Shown piece after piece: positions 54,683-63,039 of a DNA stretch of 64,000 nucleotides; positions within the stretch are counted from its first letter, which is position 1; each line of letters opens with the position of its first letter. The stretch is from the IMG/VR virus record IMGVR_UViG_3300028832_000102, positions 64,015 through 128,014 of that record; one strand, written 5' to 3'. The position numbers and the translations under genes are program-made. The stretch is from a virus. Taxonomy: Duplodnaviria > Caudoviricetes. The notes under the pieces are model-generated. The model had not been told where the DNA came from, searched no databases, and saw only the letters and a list, made by a program, of their open reading frames with translations.

Positions 54683-54967
54683 CTACCTTACCGCCTTTAT
54701 CAGTTTGCCAACAACCCACATGACTCCGTCCCAGGTGGCGTTGCCAAGAATATTGGAAAGGAAATCCTGCGAGAATGTTTGTTGGCGATGACGAAGGTCC
54801 TGCAGCTGGGCTGACTGCTCCTGCAGGACCTTTTTAATTTCGTTGGCTGAGCGCTGCTGCATGGTCATCTGGACGAAGAGCCGTTTCTCTTCATCCGTCA
54901 TACGGTCGTACATCTCTTCTAGGAGCTTGCGGCGCATGAGTGCTTCTGCAGCAGCGGCATAGTTCAT
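54683..54967 (-). CDS. Hypothetical protein (Cys-rich operon, last gene)
   Basis: 94 aa; coiled coil then amphipathic C-terminus. Confidence 0.7.
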   Translation of the reverse strand: MNYAAAAEALMRRKLLEEMYDRMTDEEKRLFVQMTMQQRSANEIKKVLQEQSAQLQDLRHRQQTFSQDFLSNILGNATWDGVMWVVGKLIKAVR

Positions 54968-54969
54968 AC

Positions 54970-55473
54970 CTACCAGAGGAAATATTTTCGGATATTATAG
55001 ACGCCATCCTTGTCCTTCAGGTTTCTCAGTGCCATCTTGTAGCAGGCGGTGATGATATCCTTGTCGGTGGGCTGGAGTGGTTTCCCTATCAGGGCGGCTA
55101 TTTCCTCGCCGAAGTCAGAGTAAATCTTGTTCATCTCCGTCCAGAGGGCGCAGGAATTGTAATAAGGAGGCTCCTCTAGTGGTAGGCCGAAACTCTCCAT
55201 TGTACTTTTCCATGCGTCACGCTTCCACGGACCTGCAGGTTCCATGCCTGCAACGATCTTCTCTGCCTCTTTTGACGTGAGATACTGATTCCACTTGATG
55301 GCCTCCAGTTGGTCTATCATCTCCTCCGCCACGTCGGGCTTGTTGGTAATCAGGTAGTCCATCATCTCGGTCATCACACACCCGAAGGCCTTCATATTCT
55401 TCGGATCACGGCTTCCAGCCATGTAGTCGTAAAGACCGGTGTAGCGGTCTTTGAGTTCTTGTGCTGTTGTCAT
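54970..55473 (-). CDS. Hypothetical helical protein
   Basis: 167 aa; YN..ALW..MN..YSD and LKDKD motifs. Confidence 0.75.
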   Translation of the reverse strand: MTTAQELKDRYTGLYDYMAGSRDPKNMKAFGCVMTEMMDYLITNKPDVAEEMIDQLEAIKWNQYLTSKEAEKIVAGMEPAGPWKRDAWKSTMESFGLPLEEPPYYNSCALWTEMNKIYSDFGEEIAALIGKPLQPTDKDIITACYKMALRNLKDKDGVYNIRKYFLW

Positions 55474-55619
55474 TTCTTCTTCTTTTTAGAGGTTGTCTTC
55501 TTTGGTGTTGGCTGCGAGGGTTTCGCAGCATACGGAACACTTCCGCACGCGGGGCATGGTGTCTTTGGCACGCTACGCGTCGGCGTCGGTGCTATCTGCT
55601 GTTGGATAAATCTGCTCAT
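55470..55619 (-). CDS. Small basic CxxC protein (49 aa)
   Basis: Not in the ORF track: MSRFIQQQIAPTPTRSVPKTPCPACGSVPYAAKPSQPTPKKTTSKKKKK; stop overlaps the next ATG (ATGA). Confidence 0.65.
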   Translation of the reverse strand: MSRFIQQQIAPTPTRSVPKTPCPACGSVPYAAKPSQPTPKKTTSKKKKK

Positions 55620-55899
55620 ACGCTTTCAGGTAAAGTTGGTCGATGAATCCCATGAACAGCTCAAGCCAGATGGCCGCCCAGGCGCAGAGGAGGGCTGCGG
55701 CAACCAATTCGAGGATATCCTCGAATTGGTCTGAGCCTGTCAGCATGCCGTAAGCCAGTACCGTCCAGAAAGACATGCACTTCGGACAGTTAATGATCGG
55801 TAGCCTGTGTTTTACAGTCCTCTCGATCGCGGCTACCAGCCCGAGGTGGTTCGCTGCCACCACCGAGAAGGTAATCACCAGGTCATTGAGCCAGTCCAT
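55573..55899 (-). CDS. Membrane protein with CPKCMSFW motif (DUF1360-like)
   Basis: About 3 hydrophobic segments and CxxC.S.W. Confidence 0.6.
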   Translation of the reverse strand: MDWLNDLVITFSVVAANHLGLVAAIERTVKHRLPIINCPKCMSFWTVLAYGMLTGSDQFEDILELVAAALLCAWAAIWLELFMGFIDQLYLKAYEQIYPTADSTDADA

Positions 55900-55914
55900 A
55901 GGTTTTCTTTTTAC

Positions 55915-56394
55915 TTACGCCGTCGCTACGTTGATGCTTGTAGTGATGGCAATCTGGTTGGTGCAGGGCTTCGTGCTCTGGCAGCAGCCACAACCACCGG
56001 TGTTCATATACTGCGTGATAGGTTTCGGCGAAGCAGCAACAGTGCCGATAGTTAGTGTAGGCGATGTGGCAGCTGAGCACGGCAGACAGACACGCTTTGA
56101 CACGTACTCTACACGGGGTGTGCATGAGTTACACGGGCGGTAGGTCACAGTGCCTGCAATCTGACATTCCTGGCAGTAGGCATCGTTGCCTACGCTGATA
56201 GGTGTGCCGACGGGCGTTGCCGTCAATTCACAGAGTACAGGGTGTGTCGGGTCAACCAACAGCATCTGGCGGTTGCCACAGGTGTAGTGGGTCAGACCGA
56301 TTTCGTAGGTGGCATCAGCTGGTGTGCCGCCTGGGTACGGAACAAGAAAGTCCTGTGTGTCCTGTCCGTTCTTGCAGTTACAATTACACTTCAT
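55915..56394 (-). CDS. Cys-rich beta-type protein (15 Cys in 159 aa)
   Basis: CNCNC, CQEC, CNSC, CLPC, GCGCC. Confidence 0.75.
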   Translation of the reverse strand: MKCNCNCKNGQDTQDFLVPYPGGTPADATYEIGLTHYTCGNRQMLLVDPTHPVLCELTATPVGTPISVGNDAYCQECQIAGTVTYRPCNSCTPRVEYVSKRVCLPCSAATSPTLTIGTVAASPKPITQYMNTGGCGCCQSTKPCTNQIAITTSINVATA

Positions 56395-56465
56395 AATACT
56401 TTTGTTTTTGTGTTGATTATCTTGGGGGCCTTTCAGTGCGCCGCCCCTCGTATTGCGCTGTATCT

Positions 56466-57392
56466 CTATTCTGCGTCCTGGAAAAGATTTCCTTCCAGGG
56501 GCTGCGGACTGATGAACTCCGCTTCCGATGATTGGATGGCGGCGATGCGCTGCTCCAAGTCAGCAATATGCTGCGATTGAACATCTAGGCGTTGGATAAC
56601 GTTATTAAGCACGTCGAACATCTGGAAAGACATGCGTGCAGCACAAAAGGCATGCTGTTGATAGCCGCACTTGGTGCAGTCCTTCGGACATGGCCGCACC
56701 TGTCGCTGCGGTGCTGATTGCTGTTGTCCACCTGCATCCTGCTGTGTGTTATTATCTTGTTTCTCTGCCATAACTTATTTGAAGTAATTGATGATTTGAT
56801 TCTTTACTAAGGGATTCTTGTCCCAGTTTCCTATAGCCTTCGCCAGACGAGCAGCGTCAACAGCTCTGCCTTGGTGAGCATGATAGCCTATGAAAGCTAT
56901 GATGGCCATACGCAGGTCCTCGACCTCCTGTTCGTTTCTCGCATAGACATTGAAGGTGATGGGGAAACCATTGAATGGTTTTTGCTGGTTGTTATCTTTT
57001 TCGTCCATCATGTTGTTTTATTACTTGTTGATTTCTGGAAGTTCTACTACCGGTGCTTCAGGCTCCACGGCCTGTATTGTCAGCGGCGGCAGCTTGCCGC
57101 CTGTCATCTGGCGAATCATTTCGTAGCCTGTAGCTATCGTATTTTGGTTCTCCTTGATCCACGAGAACAACCCGGCAGCTGTCTGCTTTGTGGTGTCTAC
57201 CCATGTCGTAGGCGCAGGGTCGTAGTCGGGCAGTGATGGAATATCCTCTGCGAAGAAGTCGTAGAGCTTCTTTGCCTCGTCTATATCGCCCTTGGTGGCA
57301 AAGAGACACTGCAGCTTCAGCGATGCCTTGCTTGTCGGTCTGATTCCCTGTATCATCTCCAGTCGTTTCTTTTTGTTTGTAAACCATTTCAT
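56466..57392 (-). CDS. Hypothetical genes 56466-56771 (CPKDCTKC + coiled coil), 56775-57011 and 57021-57392
   Basis: Tightly spaced co-oriented ORFs. Confidence 0.7.
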
Positions 57393-57410
57393 TCATTTGC
57401 CGTGTTTGGT

Positions 57411-57534
57411 TAATTCAAGGAAATCGCTGAAATCTTGAATAACGTTTCCGCTAATTCAAAAAAAACGTCGAAATCCTTGAATAAAGGAAAGGAATTTAGG
57501 GGAAATCTTAGGAAAACTTCCCCTAATTCCTTTC
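57411..57534. repeat. Cluster of intergenic inverted repeats
   Basis: Two TAATTCAA...TTGAATAA units plus a GAAAGGAATTTAGGGGAA/TTCCCCTAATTCCTTTC hairpin. Confidence 0.65.
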
Positions 57535-57542
57535 GGGGTTGC

Positions 57543-58094
57543 TTAGCCGTTGCAACCGCAACCGGGGCAGCTACAGGGCTGGGGAGCCGAGTAGAGCATC
57601 ACGGGCTGTGCATCGAGGCTAGAGCGGCCTGTCAGACGGTCAGAGACAATCTGGTTCATAGCCGAAGCGTAGGCTGAGTTCTCAGCCACGGTACTCTGGT
57701 TCTGAGCCGTTGACTGCTGTCCGCTGATGGTGTCGGCAACAGATTGGGTGATGTTTATGTCACCCTGGATGCGACGGTTGACCTCAGACTCCAACAGAGC
57801 GCCAATGTTGTCGATACGCTTGTCTGCTCCGGTGTAGTAGGCCATAGCCAGTTCCTTGGCACTCTGGGCTGCCTCTTTGGCCTCCTTACCTTTGGCTGAT
57901 GCCTGCATGCCGCCAAAGATCCATGCGGTGATACCTGCAGCAGCAGCCACTGAAGCAACTGTTAATCCGGCGATAGCAACGCCACTGGGTTTCTTGGCCG
58001 ACATGTAGTCGAGCTTCACCTGCTCGTAGGGCGTCAGCTCGCTGCCTCCGTTCATCGACTTCAGCAGTGCAAGGTCATTAACATCTAATGCCAT
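57543..58094 (-). CDS. Single-TM coiled-coil protein with Cys-rich tail
   Basis: GVAIAGLTVASVAAAAGITAWIFGG TM segment; ends PQPCSCPGCGCNG; start MALDVNDL. Confidence 0.75.
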   Translation of the reverse strand: MALDVNDLALLKSMNGGSELTPYEQVKLDYMSAKKPSGVAIAGLTVASVAAAAGITAWIFGGMQASAKGKEAKEAAQSAKELAMAYYTGADKRIDNIGALLESEVNRRIQGDINITQSVADTISGQQSTAQNQSTVAENSAYASAMNQIVSDRLTGRSSLDAQPVMLYSAPQPCSCPGCGCNG

Positions 58095-58217
58095 AATCTT
58101 GAAATTTTTGTGTTGTGAATGAATAAAGTTAGCTGTAGCGGTCATCCTTTTTGGATTTCCGTTACGAAGTTAAACATAAAAAACGGCGCGCAAAAAGATT
58201 TTGGCTAAAATGGCGGT

Positions 58218-58499
58218 TCACACTTTGACCTGGCGCGAAAGCCTTTTGATAATACGCTTTGCCGTACTTTCGCTGACGTGATACTGCTTTCTGAAATGTT
58301 GGTATATTCGTTCCTTTGCTATACCTTCACGGCGCAGTGCCAGGTATTCCTCGTACATCTGGAGATATCTAACATCATCTACATGTAGACCACACTTTGA
58401 CATAACTTCCACTTGACATAGATTAAGTTTAAGCAGCATATAGCCACTGATTACCTCAATACTGTCAGGATTTTCAAAAGAAAAATTGTAATTTTGCAT
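58218..58499 (-). CDS. Small C-terminal HTH DNA-binding protein
   Basis: IYQHFRKQYHVSESTAKRIIKRL. Confidence 0.65.
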   Translation of the reverse strand: MQNYNFSFENPDSIEVISGYMLLKLNLCQVEVMSKCGLHVDDVRYLQMYEEYLALRREGIAKERIYQHFRKQYHVSESTAKRIIKRLSRQVKV

Positions 58500-58502
58500 A
58501 AT

Positions 58503-58624
58503 ATTCGCAGTCTATTTTATTTTTAAAAACCATGTTACTTGGCGAAAGGATATAGTATAAGTCCTCCGTCAGGCTATGTAACATGGGGTTTGACTGCGAA
58601 TCAATTCCAGCCTGGCGGGGACTT
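58503..58624 (-). promoter_or_regulatory. Structured 5' leader with alternative pairings
   Basis: Long hairpin whose loop holds perfect 10- and 9-nt complements to sequence next to the 58499 ATG. Confidence 0.65.
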
Positions 58625-58634
58625 TTTGTTTCCA

Positions 58635-58670
58635 TAAAAATACACAAACATCCAGGTATCATCAAGGGCA
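58635..58670 (-). promoter_or_regulatory. Putative late promoter (TGCCCTTG-N20-TATTTTTA)
   Basis: CAAGGGCA at 58663-58670 with 20-nt spacer; points into the leader and the Cys-rich operon. Confidence 0.6.
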
Positions 58671-58695
58671 CATTTATAATTTTCTCTACCTCACA

Positions 58696-58727
58696 TTTGC
58701 GTAGTTTCGAGAAAAGCATTACCTTTG
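58696..58727 (+). promoter_or_regulatory. Host-type Bacteroidota sigma70 promoter
   Basis: TTTG-N20-TACCTTTG upstream of the lipoprotein gene. Confidence 0.7.
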
Positions 58728-58803
58728 CCACCGCTCTCAGTTGAGAGTCCAAACAAAAACGTTGGATTAACCTAATTTTTTAAAAACTTAAACTTTAACC
58801 AGA

Positions 58804-59706
58804 ATGAAGAAATCTTATTTGATGGCCTTGGCGGTGGCCTTCACTATGACCGCTTGTGAGAAACCTATTAGCGTGGAAGAAGGCAATGAGTCGCCCAGCG
58901 AGGTGACGCTGCCGGATGGCACTGTGGCGAAGACAAAGAAGTTCACGTTTACCTTGAAGGGTGACTTCACCAGCGAGTGGAAGCCGGTGACCCGTGGCTA
59001 CCTGGCAGCGGACGGGAAGGACCTGACCGATGTCTGGGTGCTGGACTACATGAACGGGAACCTGGTGCAGCAGATTCATCAGGATGACAACACGGCAGAA
59101 GATTTCGGAAAGCCAGTCATGCAGCTGGCGTATGGCGACCACCACATTTATTTCGTTGCCTCGCGTGGTCAGGGTGCCGACCTCGATACCGATGCCAAGA
59201 CGATTACCTTCTCGAAGGTGCTCGACACGTTCTACAAGGACTACGAGGTGAATGTTGTCAGTACCTCGAATGGCAACCGTGCTGTTACGCTCGATCGCTG
59301 CGTCACCCGCCTTCGCCTCACTTTCACCGATGCCGTAGCCACGAATACCGCCACAATAGCCATCGCTCCTGGTACTTGGTATTATGGCATCAACTACGCC
59401 ACCGGTCTGCCCGTTGCTGCCAAGTCTTCACAGGCTTCCAGCATCAATGTGCCTGTATCAGAGTTGGGCAAGGCTGGTCTGCAATGTAACCTCTTCGGCT
59501 TCTCCACTGCCGACGAGTGGAGTACCGATGTTGTCATCACCTCGCGTGATGCCGACGGCAACACCATCGGAGAGGCCACGCTCATCGCTGCTCCCTTCAA
59601 GGCGAACCGCATCTCAGAGTACTCCGGTCCGCTTTTCGGTTCTGAGGGCGACATGAGCCTGAGTCTGAATACTTCGTGGGACGAAGCATTTGAAGGCACA
59701 TGGTGA
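58804..59706 (+). CDS. Lipoprotein, FimB/Mfa2-like fimbrial fold
   Basis: Signal peptide II MKKSYLMALAVAFTMTA-C; VTLDRCVTRLRL; FKANRISEYSGPLF..W. Confidence 0.7.
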   Translation: MKKSYLMALAVAFTMTACEKPISVEEGNESPSEVTLPDGTVAKTKKFTFTLKGDFTSEWKPVTRGYLAADGKDLTDVWVLDYMNGNLVQQIHQDDNTAEDFGKPVMQLAYGDHHIYFVASRGQGADLDTDAKTITFSKVLDTFYKDYEVNVVSTSNGNRAVTLDRCVTRLRLTFTDAVATNTATIAIAPGTWYYGINYATGLPVAAKSSQASSINVPVSELGKAGLQCNLFGFSTADEWSTDVVITSRDADGNTIGEATLIAAPFKANRISEYSGPLFGSEGDMSLSLNTSWDEAFEGTW

Positions 59707-59859
59707 TTTTGATGTCTGATGTATGAGGGCTAAGCACGTTTAATCATGCTTATTTTTCGTTTATAGGTTAATTATTGCAAATATATCGTAAATATCGGGT
59801 TATTGTATTGCATTAACCCGATATTTTGTTTATATTTGCAATCAAAAACGATAATGAGT

Positions 59860-60054
59860 ATGAAGAATAAGGGCGGAAGGCCGGAGACCGACCGCAAGAA
59901 TGCGATTACGGTGCGCATCAGCGACGAGTCGGTGGCACTGCTGGATCAGGAACATAACAAGAGCGAACTGATCGACAGCCTCATTCGTGGCCGCGTGGCT
60001 CGCATCCAGTGCCCCCACTGCGGCAAAGTAATAACTATTAAAACGGAGGACTGA
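59860..60054 (+). CDS. Ribbon-helix-helix + Zn-ribbon regulator
   Basis: GGRP..ITVRIS..NKSELI and CPHCGK; TATATTTG promoter box upstream. Confidence 0.65.
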   Translation: MKNKGGRPETDRKNAITVRISDESVALLDQEHNKSELIDSLIRGRVARIQCPHCGKVITIKTED

Positions 60055-60056
60055 CG

Positions 60057-61416
60057 ATGACAGACAAGGAACTGATTAGAACTAAACTGATGGAGCTTTA
60101 TAAGAAGCACCTGGATGCTGGCGATATGGTATGCCGCGACGAACTGCTGCCTATTATCGACCTGATGGACGAAACTCCAGACGAGCCTGCAAGCGAAGGC
60201 TTGGATGATGCTGTTAGCCGTTTTATAGAACAGCATAGAAGTGAGCTGAATGGTTGTTTAGATTTAAGGAGAATAGCCCGTTATTTCGCTAACTGGCAGC
60301 GCGAGCAGATGATGGAAAAGGCTTTTATGGTAGAACTTGCTAAACCTAAACATGCGGGACAGGCACACCTTTGCGGCTGTTTTTCTTGCGGGAACTCAGG
60401 TGACATGGTGAAAATCATAATTATTTAGGAGGACTGACGATGACAAAGAGCGATTTAATTCAAATATTAGAAGACGTTCCTGATGATTACGAGGTCGGGA
60501 TAAACGATGGTGGACTTTTTAAGGACATCAACTTGAAAGTGGACGAGCCAAATAAGTTGTTGGTGATAGAGGTTGTGGATAATTGGATATAAGGAGGACT
60601 GTCTATGGAAGACTGGAAGATAAAGATCGGCCTTTGGGACTGCAAGAACATGTACGGTCTGACCGAGGAAGAGGAAATGCTGCCGTTCCTGCCGAGAGTG
60701 GGCGATGTGTTCTGGATGTCGGATGCCTGCGAGGAAAGGCTGAGGAAAAGGCTGCGCAAATGTTTGAAAGAGCATGGCTGTGGCGACGGGTGCCCGTTCA
60801 CCAACGAGAAAGGCAAGACGGACATCAAGGACGAGGTGATGGTTCACGAGGTCTTTTTCAAGGTCGAAGACCACGAAGTTGAGCTGACTCTGAGAAAGGA
60901 AGGCAATGTTATATGGGATCAATACGAAATAGATTAAGGAGGACTGAATATGACATCCCAAGAATTTACAGTGCGCAAGCGGATATGCACGGCGGCGGAG
61001 GCTATCAGTTCATCACGAGCGGGTTCCCTAACCGGTCGCGGGGTGGACGGGCGTTTGAGAGCGTGGACGGCATGTGGGCGATTGACCTGCTGCCTGGATT
61101 GGGGCCGAGGGAGGCGGACATGGAGAATCCGAACGGCAGGCGGTCGCCGCGTCAGGGCATAGCGGTGGACCTGCATGTGAGCCGCGTGGAAAGGGAGGGC
61201 TACCGCAAGATGTGGGTGTTCGGCTTCGTGGGTCGCTCGCGCTGCATCACGGAGTACAGGCCGAGGGGCGTGGAGCGTGGCGAGGACTCGACGATAGCGG
61301 TGATCAGGAACGGCTCGGTGTATATCGAGCAGTGGTGCGACCGCGACCACTTCCCGGACATCGCGGAGGGGTCGGTGTTCCCCGTGTGGGTTCGAGTAGA
61401 GAGAATTAACATTTGA
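60057..61416 (+). CDS. Hypothetical genes 60057-60428, 60440-60592, 60605-60937 and ~60985-61416
   Basis: Each preceded by a GGAGGACTG junction. Confidence 0.6.
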
Positions 61417-61587
61417 GCGTTGACTTTCCCCTTCGGGCCGTCGAGCTAAACCTTCCCGTTAATCGGGAAGCGGCGGACTCCGCGAAGCGCCTGAGCACCA
61501 ACGGAGCGCAAGAAGCCAAAGGGCATGATATAAATAAAAGGTTTGAAAGATATGGAAGAAAAGGAACTAATATAAAGGAATAAAATT

Positions 61588-62409
61588 ATGAGTACAAGAG
61601 CAATTATCAGAATCAAGGAGAAAAACGACGTAAGGTACGTCTATCATCAGTGTGACGGCTATCCTGAATATGTAGGTGCCGACCTTCAAAGGATGCTCAG
61701 CAAGAAGAAACGCTGGAGCGCAAAGACAATAGACAAGGAGTTAATAAGAGGCATCGTCCATGTCTATGAGGATGGTGTGAAACACATCGACGACAATTAT
61801 CAAGCCGTGGATGGCATGTGCGGATGGGAGGATTATGGCTACGAGATTGACTGCGACAATCGGACGCTCATAGGCTATTATTTCGGAGCGAAGAATATGC
61901 CAAATAGTCCGCTGGAGGATTGGAGCGAGTGTGAAAAGGTACGACCAGGCGAAGCCCACCGCGACGACGAGGATATCAATGAAGTGCTGGCCGAGCGCGA
62001 GCTGATAGACATCTGCACACGCATCCGACTGAAAGATGCGGAGAGTATCGGCCCTGCACCGCTGCCAAAGCCTGTCACCAAGATATACCCGCTATTCGGT
62101 CGAGGCGACTGCGGACGGGCATGGGGCGAAACAATGAAACCAAGTGAGCCGTTGCAGTCGTGGAGCGACCTGCTGTGCTATGTCCGCGACAACATTTGGC
62201 TGTCTATTTGGCAAGGCAGTCAAATCAGTCTTTCTGACGATGACATGGATAAACTCTGCTTTATTTGGATAACCATTCAGGCAAACGGAACAGCGAAAAT
62301 GGACATTGATTACAGCGGTGTGGTAGGTCGGGCAGGTCGCATTCCAAAGGATAAGCTATGGGCTGTTCGTGATTCTGAAAACATCTTTTCACCAGAGCCA
62401 AGCGAATAA
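61588..62409 (+). CDS. Hypothetical phage protein (MSTRA..Y.H.DGYP..VG type)
   Basis: 273-aa ORF with a recognisable phage N-terminal motif. Confidence 0.65.
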   Translation: MSTRAIIRIKEKNDVRYVYHQCDGYPEYVGADLQRMLSKKKRWSAKTIDKELIRGIVHVYEDGVKHIDDNYQAVDGMCGWEDYGYEIDCDNRTLIGYYFGAKNMPNSPLEDWSECEKVRPGEAHRDDEDINEVLAERELIDICTRIRLKDAESIGPAPLPKPVTKIYPLFGRGDCGRAWGETMKPSEPLQSWSDLLCYVRDNIWLSIWQGSQISLSDDDMDKLCFIWITIQANGTAKMDIDYSGVVGRAGRIPKDKLWAVRDSENIFSPEPSE

Positions 62410-62444
62410 TGAAATGTAAGATAGCATAACACACAATCAAACAC

Positions 62445-62477
62445 ATAAAGGGAGAGCCGCAATAGCTCTCCCTTTAT
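62445..62477. terminator. Bidirectional terminator
   Basis: ATAAAGGGAGAGC-N7-GCTCTCCCTTTAT between convergent genes. Confidence 0.8.
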
Positions 62478-62541
62478 TGTGCGCCGCAAAGATGGCCGAG
62501 GCCTACGATGCGACTTGCGACACGTCTGCCGCCGTTAGTTC

Positions 62542-62886
62542 TTATTCAAGACCTCCGTTTCCGCCCTCGGAACCGCCACCGTTGTTGTCGCCAGTGTCGG
62601 TGTTGTCAGTTGGGGTCTCGTCATCCACAATGTCTTGTTCTCCTTCCGATGTCGGGCGGGTTACAAAGGCAAACTTGGCGTCGGCCAGCTCGGCGGCCAA
62701 CTTCGGGTCAACGTCGAAGACGACCTGCGCACGGCAGCCCTGGGCGGTCACCTCGTCGATGTTCTCCTTGGCCTTGCCCTGCACGCGCAGCTTGAAGGTG
62801 CCCAGTCCGGGAATCTTGGCGGCGTTGCCGTTGACCGTTGGTCGAGGTGCCTTGCGCTCGGCAATGCTCAAAAGGGGTTTTGACAT
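62542..62886 (-). CDS. HU/IHF-like DNA-binding protein (Bacteroidota type), apparently internally deleted
   Basis: KIPGLGTFKL, VVF..D..L and a Gly/acidic tail; N-terminal helices appear to be missing. Confidence 0.65.
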   Translation of the reverse strand: MSKPLLSIAERKAPRPTVNGNAAKIPGLGTFKLRVQGKAKENIDEVTAQGCRAQVVFDVDPKLAAELADAKFAFVTRPTSEGEQDIVDDETPTDNTDTGDNNGGGSEGGNGGLE

Positions 62887-62970
62887 TGCGCTCGCTTAAT
62901 CGGCACCTTCATCAGCGAGCGCAGGTTTAGAGGCTCCCGACAAACGGGGGACGGCTATAATGCAGGGGGC

Positions 62971-63009
62971 AAAAAAGAAAGGCTTGTCATCGTGTGGCAG
63001 GCCTTTCTT
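62971..63009 (-). terminator. Terminator after 63040-63792
   Basis: AAGAAAGGCTTGTCA/TGGCAGGCCTTTCTT stem; T tract on the minus strand. Confidence 0.7.
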
Positions 63010-63039
63010 GTGGGGTTAAAAGAGGGATTGTTGCTGAAG

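Noticed and set aside
32368-60952. Junction motif as a CRISPR array or integron attC sites
   Set aside because: Repeats are about 15 nt, degenerate, non-palindromic and separated by whole genes; no cas or integrase seen.
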